Origin: Amoebophrya sp. A120
Lineage: Eukaryota; Protista; Dinoflagellata
Direction: 5' to 3'
Length of the DNA: 64,000 bases
Assembly: GCA_905178155.1 (NCBI GenBank)
Contig: CAJINV010000001.1
Coordinates: 8,029,599 to 8,093,598 of the forward strand
Part shown: piece after piece, positions 46,009-57,100 of the stretch
How positions within the stretch are numbered: the first letter of the stretch is position 1
Layout of the letters: the number at the start of each line of letters is the position of its first letter
The notes under the pieces: generated by a model
Seen by the model: the letters and a program-made list of their open reading frames with translations, nothing else
Databases searched by the model: none
What the model was told of the DNA's origin: nothing
Made by a program: the position numbers and the translations under genes

Positions 46009-46673
46009 AGCAGCTTACGCGTGCTGCGTCGATGCGTTAGCTCGATACGCACGACCTGTAGTTAGATGAAATTAAGACAGAAGTAGAAACTGTCCCCGTA
46101 ATAGCTACCTAGCAGGTAGAATTTTTGACAACGACAAGAAATCTACCCCATTCATCATCCCATAGGATAGATACCCATTCTTTCAGATAAAAAAGAACGC
46201 ACGATGACAAAAAGAGGAGGAAACACCGATGCTTCCACCTTTGATGCATATGCAAGTACAGTCTCACTTCTTTGCTGCTGGTAGATGGGCATCACCAGGT
46301 GCCGCTGTTCGATGTCTAGCCAACGCTGATCCAGAACATTGAGTAGGTAAGTCGGTACAAAGATCACCAAACGTCGCCTTTCGGTAAAACGAAAAGACCA
46401 CATACTAAGTTCTAGATCGTGAATTTTTGTTCGACCACAAGTGGCCTTCCTCTGTCCCAAGACGCATGCGCAATTAAGTAGTTTCACCCCTTTGTGTCTT
46501 CATGATTGAGCAGGAGCAGCGATCCCGAAGATAAGATGAAAATCAGTTATGCAGAAAGGATCATCTAAACGAGTACAGGTTTGTGTATGATGAAATCATA
46601 ACCCGGACTACGACCCGCTCACCTCTCGAATTCTGTTGTTTTGCAGTGCTGCTGTTGGCAGAAGTTCTTCACG

Positions 46674-48963
46674 ATGCCGTTCATCAGCCTTCGAAGTTGC
46701 CTTTTCCCCCAGCACCTACTTCTTGGGGCCCTAGTACAGCTCAACAGTCTCTTCGCGGCCGGCGAGCGACCGGATTTCCGGTGCACCGCCGACTGCCGCG
46801 TCGAGAAGGACACCATGGGGGAAATCCAAGTGCCGGCCGCCGCGTTGTGGGGGGCGCAGACGCAGCGCAGCTTGGAAAATTTCGTTATCGGGGACGACGA
46901 AATGCCCACCGAATTGATCCGGGCGTTCGGGGTACAGAAGAAGGCGTGCGCGCTGGCGAATCGCAAAGCGTTGGGCGACAAAATTTCTGACGCGATCCAG
47001 CAGGCGGCGGACCAGGTTTTGGCCGGCAAGTACGCGGACCAGTTTCCGCTTGTCGTGTACCAGACCGGGAGTGGCACGCAGACCAATATGAACGTGAACG
47101 AGGTGTTGGCCAACCTCGCAAACGAATACCTCGGGGAGACCGATCGCAGCAAGAAGGCGCCAGTGCACCCGAACGACCACGTGAACCGCGGGCAGTCGAC
47201 CAACGACGCGTTCCCGACCGCGATGCACATCGCCGCGGTTCTGTCCGTCCAGCGCAAGTTGCTCCCCGCCCTGGAGAAATTGCACATGGCGCTGAACAAA
47301 AAAGCGAAGGAGTTCGCCGACGTGGTGAAGATTGGGCGCACCCACATGCAGGACGCGACGCCGCTGACCCTGGGCCAGGAGTTCGGCGCCTGGGCGGAGC
47401 AGGTGAAGCTGTCCAAGAACCGGCTGCAAGCCGCGCTCCCGCGGCTCTACGCGCTGCCCCAGGGCGGCACCGCGGTCGGAACGGGGCTGAATCAGGTCGA
47501 GGGCTTCGACAAGAAATTTGCGGAGTACGTCGGCAGCATCGTCGAAATTCCCGGGTTCCGGACGAACGAGAACAAGTTCGAAGGCATCGCGGCGCACGAC
47601 GCTTTATGGATTGTAAAAATGTCTGGGTCTGGAAGAATGCAAGATTTGTCATGCTTGTCTGGCATGACTCTTAAATCTGTCATGCACATGGCCCAAGAGA
47701 CGTTTTTTTCTGTCATGCGGAGACGCAGCTTGTCATGCAGAATAGGCAACACCTACAAGCTCAGAAATTTGTCATGCTGAGCCAGCACTTGTGGCCTCCT
47801 CATGCTACGCCACTCAGCATCACAAGTTTCCAGACCCAGACATTTTTACATTTGATACGCGTTCGTGGAGCTCGCCGGTGTGCAGAATACCATCGCGGGC
47901 ACCTTCATGAAGCTGGCCAACGATCTGCGGCTGCTGTCCTCGGGCCCGACGGGGGGCTTGGCGGAACTTTGGTTGCCCGCCAACGAACCGGGGTCCTCCA
48001 TCATGCCGGGGAAAGTCAACCCGACGCAGGCCGAGGCCATGAGCATGGTGGCAGCCCAGGTAATGGGCAACGCGGTGGCGGTCAGCGTCGCGAACTCCCA
48101 CGGCCACCTGGATCTGCAGGCGTTTAAACCTGTCATCATTTTCAACATTTTGAAATCGAACAACCTACTCGCGGACGTCGCCGTGTCTTTCGCAGACAAG
48201 TGCGTGTCTGGCATTCAGCCCAACTTGCCCAAAATTCAGGAACACCTGGACAAAAACCTCATGCTGGTCACGGCCCTGAACCCAACGATAGGTACATAGT
48301 AGTAGTACTTTTTGTTCTGACAATGAATCGAGCGACCGGTAAGGTTAGTCGAGGCAAGTGACAAATCATGATCATCTTCGTTCTTCAAGATCCAATGCTA
48401 CACACGATCCAAGCGAAAATTTGTAAACGGATCATGGAGGTAGAGGAGCTATGTATGGAACGAACGACCATGAAAAATGATGACAATTACCTAAACCTAA
48501 TTCTCCACGGAGCCGCTCATGCGGCTTTGATGAGACCTTTAATAAATCGTATTCGTACTGTCTGAAAAATGTGAAGACGTCATTAGATCACAAGAATGAA
48601 AAACCTGATGAGAAACTTCAACCATAGAATCACTCCACGCCGAGGCGAAATGCTTTGCTGGTGACGATTCCTGCGAAACACATGCACTACCATCTGACAA
48701 AGAGCAAGTAAACGATCAACTTCGTAAAAGATTAGAGAATGATCGCGCCAAAAGGCTTCGATGAAACAAATTTCAATCATGATCCTACAGGTTACGAAAA
48801 GGCCGCAGATGTAGCGAAGACTGCTTTGAAGGAGGGGAAAACGTTGAAGCAGGTCGCTGTGTTTGAAAAGAAATACTTGACTGCAGCGCAATTTGACGCC
48901 GCCGTCGTACCTGCAAAGATGGTTCGGCCCGCACCTGCCAGCGGCGCAAAATCCGAATTATGA
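46674..48963 (+). CDS. fumC: Class II fumarate hydratase, 3 exons
   Basis: [42 protein letters not shown] and [13 protein letters not shown]. Exons 46674-47602, 47861-48291 and 48791-48963; intron 1 is a TIR element and intron 2 is GT-AG, phase 1. Confidence 0.95.
47605..47857. mobile_element. Introner/MITE-like element D (253 bp) forming a non-canonical intron in fumarase
   Basis: 30-bp TIR with 27/30 matches, including a perfect 23-bp core TGTAAAAATGTCTGGGTCTGGAA (47612-34 / 47828-50); TSD CGCTT/CGCGT. Removing 258 nt restores conserved AAHDA-FVELAG. Confidence 0.93.
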
Positions 48964-49621
48964 TGAAAAAATGTTGACGGTAAGGCATACCTGGTTGGCA
49001 AGGAGCCACTGACGTTGTATTCGTTTCACTTACTTAAATAAACAGTACCTAACGCTAACACTAGAATTCTCTTTGGATGACGCAGGACGAAAGAGTCAGT
49101 GCCATTTCAGTCTCACAACTAACCCCTTTGCTCTTTGCGCTAAAAGTAAAGGCGGATGAATTCAGGGAAACGGAAACGAAATCATGCGGGGCGTTCCAAC
49201 AGGAACCTAGTAAGACCGCAGCTCAAAGCTTCCTGTGGTGTTCCAAACTTTTTCACAATTGTTCAAATCAAAGTTTGCCGTACGATCCCGCTCGAGCCAG
49301 TTCGTTGGATGTAAGTTTGATGACGATCATGCTTTTGTGATGCCGACGCGTAGAGGTGACAGTTCTTCCCAGTAAGCCGAAGGATCGTTGCATTTTGACC
49401 GCGTATACCGTGTCTTTTTTGACTGGCAAAATGGAAAAAAAGAGTGGTACATAGGGTCGTGTTTGCAAAACAACAGAGCCGATGTAAAGGTCGTCCCGCA
49501 GCTCTTCTGTGTTTTGAGTTGCATGTTGACCAAGTAAGTTCAAGTTCTACTTAACCGTAACTGCAACTAAGTCAAAGACACACCCTGCGTATCTGCAGAA
49601 GTGACAGGCTACATAAACACG

Positions 49622-50242
49622 ATGTCGGCAGGGGCAGCGAGAAAGCAGGAGCAGCCCGATGAGAAGGAGACACTCCTTCCTAGGGACGACGAAGATGCGA
49701 GGAACGCGAGCTTCAGTGGAGGTAAAGACGAAAAATCGAAATGCTCTAGCATGGGTATTTTGGAAGGTTCCACGATCTTGGAGGACGATAGTGAGAAGGG
49801 GTCCGCTAACTCCTCGGGCCTTGGAAATAGTTTCGTCTTGTCGGCGGGAGCTGATGCCGACACTGGGAGCAACAAGCGAAGAAAATCAAGTAAAAAGACA
49901 GGCAAAACAACAACCAGTAGTCACAGGAACGGAACTGCGACTGTCGCTGCTTCAGACGGAAGGAAATTGAAAAGAGCCCGGACCTCCGTAGCAGACAGAC
50001 CCCCTTTCGACGTTTTGCTTGCAAGCCTGGCGGCTGAGGGATGCACTCCGGTAGTGCCGATACAGAAGCAGCCACCCGAGGGCCGTTGGGAGTACCGCGG
50101 AAAGAGGTCAGAACAGGTGGACAAGTGTAATTGGCCTTACGAGTACTGCTCCTGTGCGTCCAAGCTGTGGTTTGTCAAAAGTGCTGCGCCGGAAAGGGAA
50201 CGCCGGTCCAAGGGAGTTTTTGATGGCACGAAATGGCGATGA
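49622..50242 (+). CDS. Hypothetical protein
   Basis: ATG ORF of about 206 aa with a low-complexity N-terminal half and a Cys/Trp-rich C-terminus. Confidence 0.45.
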   Translation: MSAGAARKQEQPDEKETLLPRDDEDARNASFSGGKDEKSKCSSMGILEGSTILEDDSEKGSANSSGLGNSFVLSAGADADTGSNKRRKSSKKTGKTTTSSHRNGTATVAASDGRKLKRARTSVADRPPFDVLLASLAAEGCTPVVPIQKQPPEGRWEYRGKRSEQVDKCNWPYEYCSCASKLWFVKSAAPERERRSKGVFDGTKWR

Positions 50243-51115
50243 TGTGGCACTGCGCTCTCTGTCGAAGGAGACGGATAGTTGTAAGTATGTCTACAATCTT
50301 TTCCCGTAAAGCAGGAGAAACCGGAGGCGGAGTCCTTGTAATTCCATAAGTAACGCTGTTGCTGCTCTGTGTGTTGCTATTAGATACAAAATCACAACGA
50401 AAAGTTTTCTTCATTTTCGACAACGTACACGCAGTAAGTCAAAGTCTCGTCGTATGTAGGTATGCAAGTCAAGAAGACCTATATCCAAGAATTTCAGCCA
50501 GCTGCTTTGTTTGCATTTCAGCAACTTTTCTTCTCTGTTTTGCCTGCTTCCTCCGTTAGGTCGTCTGCTTCTTAGAGTCGTCATTTTCACCAGGGCCACA
50601 TGCATCTGCGCACTAGGATTTCCATTTCCGAATGCCCTTCGTACAACGTAGGCACCGCTTCTGTTGTGATATACTATCGTGAACAACATTTCGCTGTCGT
50701 CGGAAAATCATGTGAAGAAAAACAAATAGGGACGTCGTATTGGCTTGTTGCTTTTTTTTGAAGGATCCACGGCACTTTTTTTCCATTTTTTCCTTTTTCA
50801 TGATTCACCCGTATTCTTTTCCTGTCGTAGTCGTTGCTCTGTCGTCAAACAATGTACTCAAAAATCGTCAACGCTGTTGATAAACGATTTACTTCCGATG
50901 CAAAGCGTGCCTTTCCTCTATGAACTCAGCTGATTTTTTTTCGTGCTCGGCGTGCTCTATGGCACGTGGGTGGCATGCGCAGGCCATTGTAGCAGAGCGA
51001 CCGTACATAGATGAATCTGCCAATTCTGTGGACGCTTGGTTTGCGCCTACATAATTTCTCGGCAGTAGTATGTAGTTCTGGTTGTGCGGTTTGATCCACG
51101 AAAGAAAACGAAACC

Positions 51116-54100
51116 ATGAGTGAGGATCTTCGCGTAGCAGGTTCCCAGGCAACTGAGCTGGAGGACATGCACCCACACAGACCCCCACCGGGTCTGAAGA
51201 AGCTTCCCGCAAGCATGTTGCAAAGGATAACCTCGCCCACGCACCGGCAGAAAGTCAACAATCAGACACAGCAGCTGGCCACAACGACATCACCGTCCCG
51301 CGGCGCAGCGCAACTGCCTGCGAGCTGTCGGTCCTCGCCACAGAAGCTCATGGGAAAGTCCTTTATTCCCGATCTGGCGACCAGCTTTCGACGTTCTTTA
51401 TCACCCTCAGCGCAGCAGGCTGCGTCATCGTCCCTGGCGATTATCACTTCTACAATGCCGCAATCTAAAGACGGATCGGAAGCAGTGGAGCCGACCTACA
51501 GTGCTGTGGCTGCTGCGCACACGGGCTTGTTTAAAATTGGGTGTGGAGGCGCTGCTCCGTCATCAGCTTCATCCGCCCTGTCGGGAAACAAAATCCTCCG
51601 CAAGCCTCTGCATGTGTATCGAAATCTGGGCAAGGTAACCGGGGGGACCCCTTTTGCTTTTTCTGATGATTTGAAATAAAAACGACCCGCACCAGTGTAG
51701 TTTAACGTTGCGGCATATGCTTGCGGCCGATGGCGTGGTGTTCTTGTCTCTCGTATGATGAACGTGATTAAGTAGCATGATACAATTCAGAACTTCTTTT
51801 TTCGACAGGGCCCCCCTTCTACCGTGAGCCTGACACATTCGGTGCTGACCAGCAGTGAGGCCTCACCGAGCAAAGAAGCACAAGACATTATGCAGCGGGA
51901 CGCCCCTGAATCTCAAAGAGAGAAAATTAGTGATGCTCTCGCCGAAGAGCTGGGGCCGAAAACCAAAGCGCAGACCAGTCTCCCCAGCTCGGTTCGCACG
52001 CGATCACGAGCAGGCTCGAGTCCGCGAGATCATGAAGATCTTGCTCCAGACGATTGGAGAAAAAGCAACACGGACTCGACTACAAGAAAAGCTGACGCAG
52101 AACCAATCCACCTGTTTTACGAGGAGCGCTCGGTAGTTGGACGGCGGCCACAAGGGTCGCAGTCAAGCTTTGCCGCCAGCAGGAGCAGCCCAGTAGCTTT
52201 CGCAAAGACAAAGAGCAGGAGCAAAAAGTCAGAAAGTACGCAGAGGCCCTTCGACCGCGTTTTTTCCCCTGGTGATGCCAGCTACGCGAATCGCAAAAGT
52301 CTGGAATACGAACCCATGCCACGAAATCAAGGTGCTGACACTGCCACAGCAGCGGCCGACCGGACCTACAATCCGACCACTAGTACAGAGACAACTAAGG
52401 CTAAGGAAGGCGATGAGCAGGTTGAAAAGCAAGGCCTCGACAAGAACCGGCTAACAACCGACTATGGGACAATTCGCGGCAGCACGCCCACCGACGCAGT
52501 GCTTCTCGGCGCGGTTCCAGCACCGCCACAGCGGAAAAGCAGGTTGGCGCCCTTGAGATCGTCCACTCTCGACATGACCAAACACCACGAGGAGCTGCAT
52601 GTACCGGTGTTGCAGCTGATACCGCCTGACGGTCCTCCAGGAAGTGGAGCTCCGGAGCCGATGTTAAACATCAAGACGCATTCCTGGTCGTCTTTCGGCG
52701 CAGCAAGTAGTATACCGGACGAGAACAATCACAATTCCACACCTTCGAAGAACAAAAAAACCTTTCATGTTGACCAACACCAGCATATGAATAACTCCCG
52801 CACGAGTCCTGCAGGTGCGAACAGTTTGTTCGCCGGCTCTTCGTCCGGTTCCTCCGAATTCTATCGCATGACGCCCGAGGTGCGGTTCGCGAGCCAGATG
52901 AGCGAGCACGATCAGGCGCACTACTACGACGCGTATTTTGAGGACGGGCGGCCCATTCCCCACGTCGACACCACGGAGAGGATCGAGAAACTAGCAATGC
53001 GGCAAAGCGTGCTGACGCAGGAGCAAGCGGACGCCCGGGCGCGGGATTTGATTATCGAGGAGTTGGTATCGGGCGAGGGCTTTGTTGACCACATGGAAAT
53101 GAAAAATGGAAACATAAAAAGTTTGCTCCACAATCCGATCAGCGCGTCGTCTGGGAGCGATGTCTCTGCGATTTACCGCGACTCGGACAAAGAATTACAT
53201 ATGGAAATAGCTGACTGGAAGAAACAACTGAAGGACAAAAACACGAGAAACAAATCGCCGTCCCTGCGGAGTGCGTCCGCGTCGCCAATCGCCAGTAGCG
53301 GTGGTGGCAAGGGGAGAAAAAACGAGGCACAGAGTAACATCCTTTCTGCGTCCAAAAAGTCTTCTTCAAAGAACAGCGCGACTGTATCCGTTCGATTCAC
53401 CGGTACCGCCACGACGAAAGTTGCGAGCAAAACGACCGCCGGCGCGGCTGCTGTAACCGGTGCGACAGTCAAGAAAGTAGCGAACGCAGATCCATCTCGA
53501 AACAAGGATGTTAAAACCAGTACACGAGACTTTGAAAATAGAAACCGAAACACCCAGGCTCTCATTGAGGAGGCTGAGACGGTGCTCGCGAACGTGAAAG
53601 GCGTGTTGCGTATCAGGGAAGAGGAAAGTCGAAGCAAGGAAGCGAAAAGCCCTAGCACGGGAACAACTGTGGTAGCTTCCAAATACGATCTCTCCGCAAT
53701 GGTCCGGCCTCCTGTTGTGGTGCAGCCAATTGCTTCTTCGGGAAAACAAGCGAGGGAGAAAAATATGCAGAAACAGCAGACGTGGAGCCCCGGACAGCAC
53801 GAGAAAGCGAGCGCCCGGGAGTTGCAGAGGCGCCTTTTTTCCCCCGATGGCCGAACCTCGAAGAGCCCTTCGGCGAGTCCAAATCGGGCTGCGACAATCG
53901 GAGGGGCAACAAATGCAGTTCCACCATCAAAGAAGCCCGCCACAAGTGGTAAGGCGAAAAAAATGGAAGAGATTCGGGAACTGCTGGCCATTCAAGAGCA
54001 GGAGCTCCAGACTTTTTTGCGAACAGACGACGAATCTGGAAGGACCTTGCAGGAGTTTGAACAACAAGTGACTGAGTTGCAACAGCGGTTGGCTGGTTAC

Positions 54101-57100
54101 ACCAACACGACCGGCTTCCGACGGCAGCCACGTGCGCAGCGAGCGGCAGCTTCGTTTCGAGACACACGCGTGGAGCCAGGCTCGATACCGGACACGCTTC
54201 TGAAGGACAAAATGCGTGCGGCATCTAAGGACGAAAAAGCAAATCAAAATAAGCCAGCGGCGTCGGTGCCGAAAAGTTCAGGTTCATCTTCTCGCCGGAC
54301 TATAATTGATGTGGATCAGGAGGACGTGAGGAGCGACATGAACAACGATCTCGAGAACGACAACGAGAGCAAGAGACCCGTGAAGCACTACGCCATGCCA
54401 CTGGACCGTACGGCGCGACAATCTGCCCGCGGTCGCGAAGAGCAGAGCATATCGAAAGGGACAGCGACGTCCACATCGCAACCCCCAATCAGCATCCCAG
54501 TTGCGTCCCCCTTTGTCGACAACGGCAACCGTATCTCCGCGCTGGAGAAGGAACTTTTTCAGACCAAATCGAAACTGCGGCTGCAGGAGATGAGCGAGCG
54601 AGAGTCCACGAAACGCAACAGGCTCCAAGTGTTGAACTTGAAAAAGGAACTGCAGAAGGTTAGCATCCGGCCACCTCGTACTTGGAAATTTGTTCAAAAG
54701 GAGTTCAAAGATGAGTTCAAAGCGAGTTCAGAACGAGTTCAAAGCGAGTTCAATAATTTGGACCAAGTCAATTGACCTATCGCAAAAATCGCAATGAGCC
54801 AGCTACCTTTTGTCGAAAGTCAATTGCCTTTGCGTGGAGTTTGCGATAAGTCAATTGTCTTTGTTCGGAATTTGCATAAAGTCAAGTGCCTTCATCCAAA
54901 TTTCAAGAAAAGTCAACTGACTTCTCCTGAAGTCGGCTCATTTCACAAACGGGCAGCAAAGCTTTGAAGTATGTGCGCGCTTTTTTTTGCTAGGGCTCCG
55001 AAACGACCAGAGGCGCGCGCCGTTGGTTTGCGTTTTCCCGTGCCGCCCTGCGATTTCGAGAACGGCCCGAAGACACGGGGACGACAAGACGCAAAAAGGG
55101 GCGCAAAGCCGCACAACAGAGGCTCCCGTCTGCCTTCTCCACCCTCAGATCTGTTCCCGGCGACTTCGCGACGGGATTCAAGGGTGGGGAAACGGGGCGG
55201 GCGCCACTGCATCTGCAGGAGAAGCAGAAACTGAGCGGCTGGGGCCCAACAAGTCGGACAGGCATAGTAGTCCGTTGGCTTCCCCGCGATTGAGTAGGTG
55301 CAGGGGCGTTGCTTGCAAAAAAGTCAATTGTCTTTTTCAAAAATTCGCAAAGAGTCAATTGTCTTTTTCAAAAATTCCCAATAAGTCAAGTGCCTTCTTG
55401 CGGAATTGGAGGGTCTTCTTGGTTGACTTTTATTGCGAAAGACAGAAGTCAGTTGACTTTTCTGGAAAAGGCTTGCAGAAGTCAATTGACTTCTCATTGA
55501 CTTTGCTCAGAAACGAGAACGCCACTGACGTCGCTCGGAATCACGCGAACGCGAGGGGTCATTTGACCTTGCTCGGAAGTCGCCAAAAGTCTTTTGACGA
55601 TTGCAATTTTTTTAGGTCAACTGATAATGGGCAAATTATTGAACTCGTAATGAACTCGGAATGAACTCGCTTTTGAACTCGTGTTCCAGTCTTTTTGAAA
55701 ACTATGAAAGTACGAGGTGGTCCCGTGCTAAAGAAGGTCCAAACCGCATTGACGGGCACTGGGCAAACTCGCGCGACAAAAAATTCTGCAGCGATGGGCG
55801 ATACTGTTAATACCAACGAAAGTGATCAAATGGAAAGAAAAACAGCCGGGCCCACCACGCTGGAAGATAGTCCTGCTAAATTTTCGGAGGCCAACATGCG
55901 AAGAACGTCGACCACTTCTGCGTCGCCAGGCGCGCTTGCTGCACAGCAGGTGGCTCTCACGATGGATGAGGAGTTGAAAGATTTGACTTCTACTATTGCA
56001 GCACTCGAGGACCAGGCAAAGGATTTGGAAAAGGCTGCGACGCAAGTCAACTACGTCATTCAGCAAAAGCCATTTGCAAAGCGAGCATTTTCCGCCATCG
56101 ATCCCGTGGCGCGTCGCGATCGAGGGCGTCGGACGACGCAAAGATCGCCGTCGAGTAGTCCGCCTCGCACGAGCGGTAAACAAGGAGTGCGAAGCAAATC
56201 AGGGGGGCGGTCCACTTCTCCCGCCTCCCCCACAGGAGGACGGGGACGCAGATACGCTGAGCCAAGAGGCCGGAGCCGGGCAACGAAGTCTCAAAGCAGA
56301 GCAGCTTCGTCGAAAGGGGAACGACGTGGCAGCGAGGGGAAAATAAACAAAGAAAAGAACAGCACGTCGATTCATGACATCTTCAACAAGAACGATCAGA
56401 AGGCGAAGGCAAAGGAAGATCCGTCCCAGCACTCACCAAACTTGCTCATGCCGGTCAGCAACCAGCCGTTTTCGCTCGAGGCCGCGATTGAGGCACTGCG
56501 GCGCTCCACGTCGCCCCTGTCCGAGAGCAAGAACGTGAAGTTTCTGCAGCAGGTCCGCCTCACGTCGCCGAGCGATGAGCTGTTCCTGTACCGTCAGCGG
56601 GAAGCGGCCCGGGAAGCTTTGAAGCGGGTGCGGGATGCCATCGAGGAGAAGAAGGCCCGGATTCGATTTCTGAAATCCGATGCGTATCGCCGAAAGTCTG
56701 AGGAGGACTTGGCGCGGCTGGAAGCGGTGTCCTCCATGATGTTTGCGAACCAGGAGCGTGCCAGGCCCAGCTACGCGCGGGCTACCGAGTCGTCCCGATC
56801 GCGGAGCGTCTCCCCGCGGCAGCGACAGCAGGACGTGAGTCCAACGGATTCGAACGCAGTTTGGCGAGGTTCCTTGCGCCACGAAGTTGCGGCCTCCCCT
56901 GCATCACCAACTGCAGAGAAGCGGAAAGAGGTGCGCACTTCTTCCACTAGCAGACCACTTCTGACGACAGCCACAACCTCTGAAAATGATCAGCAGCAGC
57001 CTAGTACCTTTACCCGAAATAACGAGTTTTCACTGGCTATCAGCAGCAGCGCTGACCAGCAAAGTAGGTCGGAACATGCTCGTGCGCCGTCCGGGCCGCC

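Noticed and set aside
47603-47780. Fumarase ORF ending early (pseudogene interpretation)
   Set aside because: The aberrant tail is read-through into element D; the downstream exons keep an intact [11 protein letters not shown] and C-terminus.
54701-55500. Regularly spaced short repeats resembling a CRISPR array
   Set aside because: The repeats are 7-14 bp, degenerate and mirrored inside a TIR/TSD element in a eukaryotic intron; there are no cas genes.
54943-55664. ORFs inside the large MITE as a possible transposase
   Set aside because: They are short and overlapping, show no DDE or other recognisable motif, and largely translate the repeats.
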